Assembly (NCBI GenBank): GCA_048882505.1
Contig: JBHLRO010000006.1
Coordinates: 30,001-62,000, forward strand
Length of the DNA stretch: 32,000 nt
Reading direction: 5' to 3'
Source: Candidatus Thorarchaeota archaeon
GTDB taxonomy: Archaea; Asgardarchaeota; Heimdallarchaeia; Hodarchaeales; Hodarchaeaceae
The notes under the pieces were generated by a model that was not told where the DNA came from, did not search any database, and worked only from the letters and a program-made list of their open reading frames with translations. Position numbers and translations under genes: made by a program. Below, one piece after another: positions 27,896 to 32,000 of this stretch; positions within the stretch are counted from its first letter, which is position 1; each line of letters opens with the position of its first letter.

Positions 27896-28297
27896 TCAAC
27901 CGTAGTGTTCTATTCCTTCAGCTTTCACCGTTTGCCAAAGTTCCCTAAAGAACTTAGAATCACTTGCGCAGTATAGACGGTATATTTTTCCGTCATCAAA
28001 GGATTTAAGGAAAAACGAGTGGCCCGACGTGATTCGCAAAAATCGTAGCCAGAACTGATGTAGAATCTTCTGAATGGGATTTGTTTGCCCATGAAATCCA
28101 ATTGAGAATCTCGAGGTATTTCGTGGAACAAGAATTAAGCCATTAGATTCAATTTTAAAAGATTCAAACAAGTATAATGAGAAAAGGATAAGAATTAGGG
28201 GTATCCGTTGGCGATAAATTGTTCTTTCATTTCTATTAACTACCATGGCAACTTTGCTCCAGAAGTAGTTGTTACGGAAAAAAATGGAGAAATGCAT
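27896..28297 (-). CDS. Hypothetical protein (doubtful; may be degraded)
   Basis: 133-aa ORF with one hydrophobic segment and no recognisable motif; an overlapping ORF in another frame hints at a frameshifted remnant. Confidence 0.3.
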   Translation of the reverse strand: MHFSIFFRNNYFWSKVAMVVNRNERTIYRQRIPLILILFSLYLFESFKIESNGLILVPRNTSRFSIGFHGQTNPIQKILHQFWLRFLRITSGHSFFLKSFDDGKIYRLYCASDSKFFRELWQTVKAEGIEHYG

Positions 28298-28323
28298 GCT
28301 TTGACTTTAAACATGCATCATCT

Positions 28324-28473
28324 TCACTTTGGAGGTGGGGGGGAAATTGGATCAGCTATTCCAAGAGTTACTGCCAGTAAGAGTAACGTGAACCATAAGG
28401 CTGTTACCAAGAGCTTAACGAGGAACGTACTGGATAGCACTGATGGTGTTCGAATATTGGTCCTTAGTTGCAT
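28324..28473 (-). CDS. Putative small secreted peptide precursor, 49 aa
   Basis: Manual translation: MQLRTNIRTPSVLSSTFLVKLLVTALWFTLLLLAVTLGIADPISPPPPK*. Signal-like hydrophobic core ending GIA, then a short Pro-rich tail. No clear SD site. Confidence 0.45.
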   Translation of the reverse strand: MQLRTNIRTPSVLSSTFLVKLLVTALWFTLLLLAVTLGIADPISPPPPK

Positions 28474-28722
28474 AATCTACGGCACCAAGGAATATCTCCC
28501 GATTATCCCCTAATTAGTGGGGCATCAACATTTTCATGTATTTTTTTCCCAATAGGTATCATTATCCTCTTCTGATGCCTATATTTGCGAACTAGTGTAT
28601 TCCCTCAAGGATCGTTAGAAGATATAGTCGCTAGTTTGAGACTGAATGGTTATTTAAATGAAGTATCGATAATAGTACCTAGCCAGCAATAATGGCTTAA
28701 TATTTGCTAATTTTGAGTAAGA

Positions 28723-30168
28723 ATGATACATAGCAATTCCCAACAATCACCCGCAGTTCAACAAGTAGAACTATCGTTTATTAGTGATTTCACTAAATAT
28801 TGGGACAAAATTAGGGATTTCTGTTCTGTTGAAAGGAGTACAGTTCGTTCTGTGTGTGCTAAACTATTTGAGGATTGGACAAAACCTTTTTTCGAGAGGT
28901 GGTCAACAACAGAACTAATCAAACCTTACTTGGTTTGGCGAAGTAATTATGCTTCCCGATTTTCTTCCTTCGGTCTTCTGTATAATGGGAAAATGCTGCT
29001 TATACCTCACAAACTCGTTTCTAATATTCTGGACTCCCAGGTCAGGGAGCATGTGTACTTTAGGGAGTTTACAGACATTAAAACCTTCTTCTATTACCTA
29101 TGGCAAGTAACTCAGGTTCAACAGAATTTTCCTCTAAATGCAAGTGATCTGAAACTTATCAGTTTTTATACGAGTTCGGGTTTTATGAGAACTTCTGCGC
29201 GATTCCCCTCGCAAGAACTATTAGCCGACGTGCTTTCTTGTAACCCAAGAACCATTTCTACACGAAGTACGCGGTTGTACAACCACTACATCCTAACACA
29301 TACATATTTAATCGATGTTGCCAAACTGGGTTATCAAACCATGGCATTTCTCTCACAAGATCCTTCAGATATACACGGTTCTCTTACGAAATATTGCCTT
29401 GGAACCCTTCCGATTGACTTAGGATTAACTCGGGGAAATCTAAAGATTTTTCAAATTCCGTATTGGAAACATGATGTTTTTAACGCCGTTACTGATAGTT
29501 TAGGCCCTGTTGCGGGATATAATTTAACCCAATTATCCATCAGTTGGAACCTCAGCCAGTTATCGACAAACCCAGACTCAAGATGGTTAAACGAACCACC
29601 AGTTCTCGTTGGAATCGCCTGGGATGATACAGACATCATTCTGGAGGATATTGGGGTCGATCTTAATTTGGTTCCAGATATCCAACAGAGTCCAGGAATC
29701 TCGAAATCACAAGCCAAACTATTGTCCTTTTACTATTCCCACGGCACAGTTCAAGATAAACAACTATCAGAATTCCTTGAATTAGACCCTCATAGTGTTT
29801 TTCGCCTTTGGCAAGACATTTTGGATAGAAACGTGGCGTACCCGTATACACACGTCAGCAATATAGGTTTAGATTTGTCTCTGTGGGTGATGCTTCTCGG
29901 AAAAACGAAGCAAGACAATTCGGATCTCGTTTCAAAAGTCGTTGCTCACCTTCGCTATTTCCCATATGCACGGACATTCTATTCCTCAGGGAATTCGAAC
30001 GAGGGTACGTTTTTGGTTGCAGAGATTAGAATTCCGTCACTTTGGTATAAGGATTTTGCTACGCATTGGGACAACCTTACTAATTACGAATTAATCCCCA
30101 AAGTGGGCGTATTAACACCCGAATTTCACTTGAAACGAAATATAAATGTTTTAGACACTCTTTTTTAG
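28723..30168 (+). CDS. Transcriptional regulator with two tandem Lrp/AsnC-like (wHTH + RAM) units
   Basis: PSQELLADVLSCNPRTISTRSTRL...IDVAKLGY and QDKQLSEFLELDPHSVFRLWQDIL...VSNIGL each fit the Lrp HTH-linker pattern. Confidence 0.7.
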   Translation: MIHSNSQQSPAVQQVELSFISDFTKYWDKIRDFCSVERSTVRSVCAKLFEDWTKPFFERWSTTELIKPYLVWRSNYASRFSSFGLLYNGKMLLIPHKLVSNILDSQVREHVYFREFTDIKTFFYYLWQVTQVQQNFPLNASDLKLISFYTSSGFMRTSARFPSQELLADVLSCNPRTISTRSTRLYNHYILTHTYLIDVAKLGYQTMAFLSQDPSDIHGSLTKYCLGTLPIDLGLTRGNLKIFQIPYWKHDVFNAVTDSLGPVAGYNLTQLSISWNLSQLSTNPDSRWLNEPPVLVGIAWDDTDIILEDIGVDLNLVPDIQQSPGISKSQAKLLSFYYSHGTVQDKQLSEFLELDPHSVFRLWQDILDRNVAYPYTHVSNIGLDLSLWVMLLGKTKQDNSDLVSKVVAHLRYFPYARTFYSSGNSNEGTFLVAEIRIPSLWYKDFATHWDNLTNYELIPKVGVLTPEFHLKRNINVLDTLF

Positions 30169-30345
30169 CCATTCATTTTAAATTAGATTTCCGAAATTTC
30201 CTAAAAGGTCATCGCGAACTTTTCGGAACCGCTTCTTGATAAGGCTGAGGCGGTAATCTTTGTCGGATTAAAGGCAAAACCATCGTATGGTGGTTTTGAT
30301 CGGAGGTGACAAGGAACGTGATGGATCCTTGGCCGTTCGATTGGG

Positions 30346-31530
30346 TCATAATGCCGAATACACGGGGACAACTGGGAACGTTTCGCGAACTATTCGATTT
30401 AAGGTTTCTGACTCTTCAGTAGAGGAATCCATCTCTGGAAAAGTTTTATATAATGACGCAATACGATTGGTTAAGATATCTAGCGAGTTTTTAAGAGCTT
30501 TAGAAGTGGTAGAAGTGACTATAATATAGCTAAGATTCTGTTGACGGTTTATTAAAAGGACTGAATCCTCCAGATGTAGTTCATGAAGACCTGAGGCAAG
30601 AGCGTCAACTACTGCTTTCATTCCTGGAAAAAAGGCATCTCGATTGTGATGGGGAACTGTGATCCAACTGTACGAAAAGAGTGGTTCCGTAGTGTCCGTG
30701 CGGATAATTACGAGTCGTGAGGAGTGAATGGGTAATACAAACAATAGTTTGGGTTCTGAGACAAAGGCAATCATGAAGAGAAAAGATCCAAACAAATGGG
30801 CTATTTCTATAAGTCCAATGTCTTGACCTACCAGTTGGGTAAACAGCATAATGAGAGCAAGAAGATACACAAACGCTCCTATCAATGCAATACTAGCCTT
30901 GTTCCTTATATCATCCGGTGCATTCAGGTAGAGAGTCCCCGTGTACAGAAGCAAGAGAAGGATTCGAAACCCCCAGAAGGAGAGCTGGATGTAATTTAGA
31001 AACACTGACACCGTCCTGGCCTCCACACCAGGAAGTAATGCGAAGACCACCATTCCAGTCGAGAGGATCGCGTATACGATTAGCTTAATGGGATCTAAGG
31101 ATGGCCGATGCGCGGAATCGACAAAGATAACCAAGAATATGGTAAATCCAGTCAAAATGAAAAATCCCGCAAAACCAAGAACATCTGCGAGGGTCATGGA
31201 TAATACTTCCCCCTTACTCGTTACTTTATACAGAGGAATCCCAATATCGGTCATTAGAACATTTATTGATAGGCTATTGGGATCAAAACCAAGTAAAAGA
31301 ATTTGTAATCCAAGTAACATAAACCAGGCAAACAAACCAGCAAAATCCAAGGAAAGCCACAAGAATTGCCTGTATTGCGTATCTATCCATCTTCTAAATC
31401 CAAAAACAAGGATTATGGAGATTATAAAGGCATGAAACAATGATATCAAGGAAATAAAGAGGAAATCTGCCATTACTTTCAAGTCCTCTGGCATAGTAAG
31501 GATAGATTGCCCTTCCTTGCCCCCCTCCAC
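30346..31530 (-). CDS. Seven-TM membrane protein with C-terminal longin-like domain
   Basis: Seven hydrophobic segments counted by eye, then EPKLLFVLP and a soluble ~125-aa domain (LVIIRTDTTEPLFSYSW...LHELHLEDSVLLIN...SYIIVT...LKNSLDIL...IVRETF). The true start may be ATG 31494. Confidence 0.75.
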   Translation of the reverse strand: MEGGKEGQSILTMPEDLKVMADFLFISLISLFHAFIISIILVFGFRRWIDTQYRQFLWLSLDFAGLFAWFMLLGLQILLLGFDPNSLSINVLMTDIGIPLYKVTSKGEVLSMTLADVLGFAGFFILTGFTIFLVIFVDSAHRPSLDPIKLIVYAILSTGMVVFALLPGVEARTVSVFLNYIQLSFWGFRILLLLLYTGTLYLNAPDDIRNKASIALIGAFVYLLALIMLFTQLVGQDIGLIEIAHLFGSFLFMIAFVSEPKLLFVLPIHSSRLVIIRTDTTEPLFSYSWITVPHHNRDAFFPGMKAVVDALASGLHELHLEDSVLLINRQQNLSYIIVTSTTSKALKNSLDILTNRIASLYKTFPEMDSSTEESETLNRIVRETFPVVPVYSAL

Positions 31531-32000
31531 GATTTTCTTGTCGCCTTAAAGTAGGACTTTTCGAGATTCGAATTTTTTGTTACCGATAGCTTTCGAATTC
31601 TTAGCGAGAGAAAACGTTTAACGAAACCACGCCCAAATTTGCATGAAAATCAAAGGGATATCCTTCAATCAGACGAGTATGGGTCTCGAGAACGACATCT
31701 GTGAAGGACTTGAGGAAGTTCCAAGGCGCTGGCTGTCCTTAGGGAGCCCAGCTGATCATTCCCTTAACCAGATTAAGGACCAAACCATCATAGGATTGTC
31801 ATAATTGGCAGCAGTGGGGATAATAGGAAGGTGTTACCACCTGTTGAATTTTCTGGCTCCTCTCAGGATTAGAATCTCACCAGAAAATTCAAATCTATTA
31901 TCCGCTGGCAAAAAGAAAAGCAGATAGGAATGCGATGATGAGGAAGGTTTCGAGCTGAGAGCACCTGGAGTCCAGAAAATAACCGGAGGATGGTTAATCC

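Noticed and set aside
28208-28513. 101-aa plus-strand ORF
   Set aside because: No motif, and it overlaps the more protein-like minus-strand peptide ORF.
31-31435. Many short ORF-track entries overlapping larger genes (e.g. 3407-3739, 4629-4961, 10382-10744, 13277-13654, 16325-16714, 27451-27747, 31088-31435)
   Set aside because: They are antisense or off-frame shadows of well-supported genes and show no motifs.
31560-32000. Minus-strand frame with protein-like stretches (FTDVVLETHTRLIEGYPFDFHANLG) interrupted by several stops
   Set aside because: Possible pseudogene cut by the window edge; no family is recognisable.

Overview
Archaeal DNA, very probably Asgard (Heimdallarchaeia/Hodarchaeales-like by gene content; this is inference). 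The left half (1-17 kb) holds accessory and envelope genes: a GNAT, a secreted protein, a DUF1614-like membrane protein, a beta-helix surface protein, a VOC enzyme, a membrane-anchored ArsR-type regulator, a PEBP-family protein, an FtsX-type permease, a circularly permuted family-5 solute-binding protein and a TPR protein. The right half (17.4-31.5 kb) is a dense signalling island with four small-GTPase domains (two Rab-like, one Arf-like, one Rag-like), four predicted longin-fold domains, two paralogous histidine kinases and three receiver domains. The central candidate is a response regulator whose output domain looks like the uDENN/longin domain of folliculin/SMCR8, with Arg at the GAP arginine-finger position (DPEVR238GG). 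This suggests a two-component phosphorelay wired directly to eukaryote-type small GTPases. A 7TM-longin fusion and a longin-Rag-V4R/Bet3-like fusion lie in the same island. All domain calls are motif recognition by eye; no searches were run. I saw no rRNA, tRNA, CRISPR array or mobile element.
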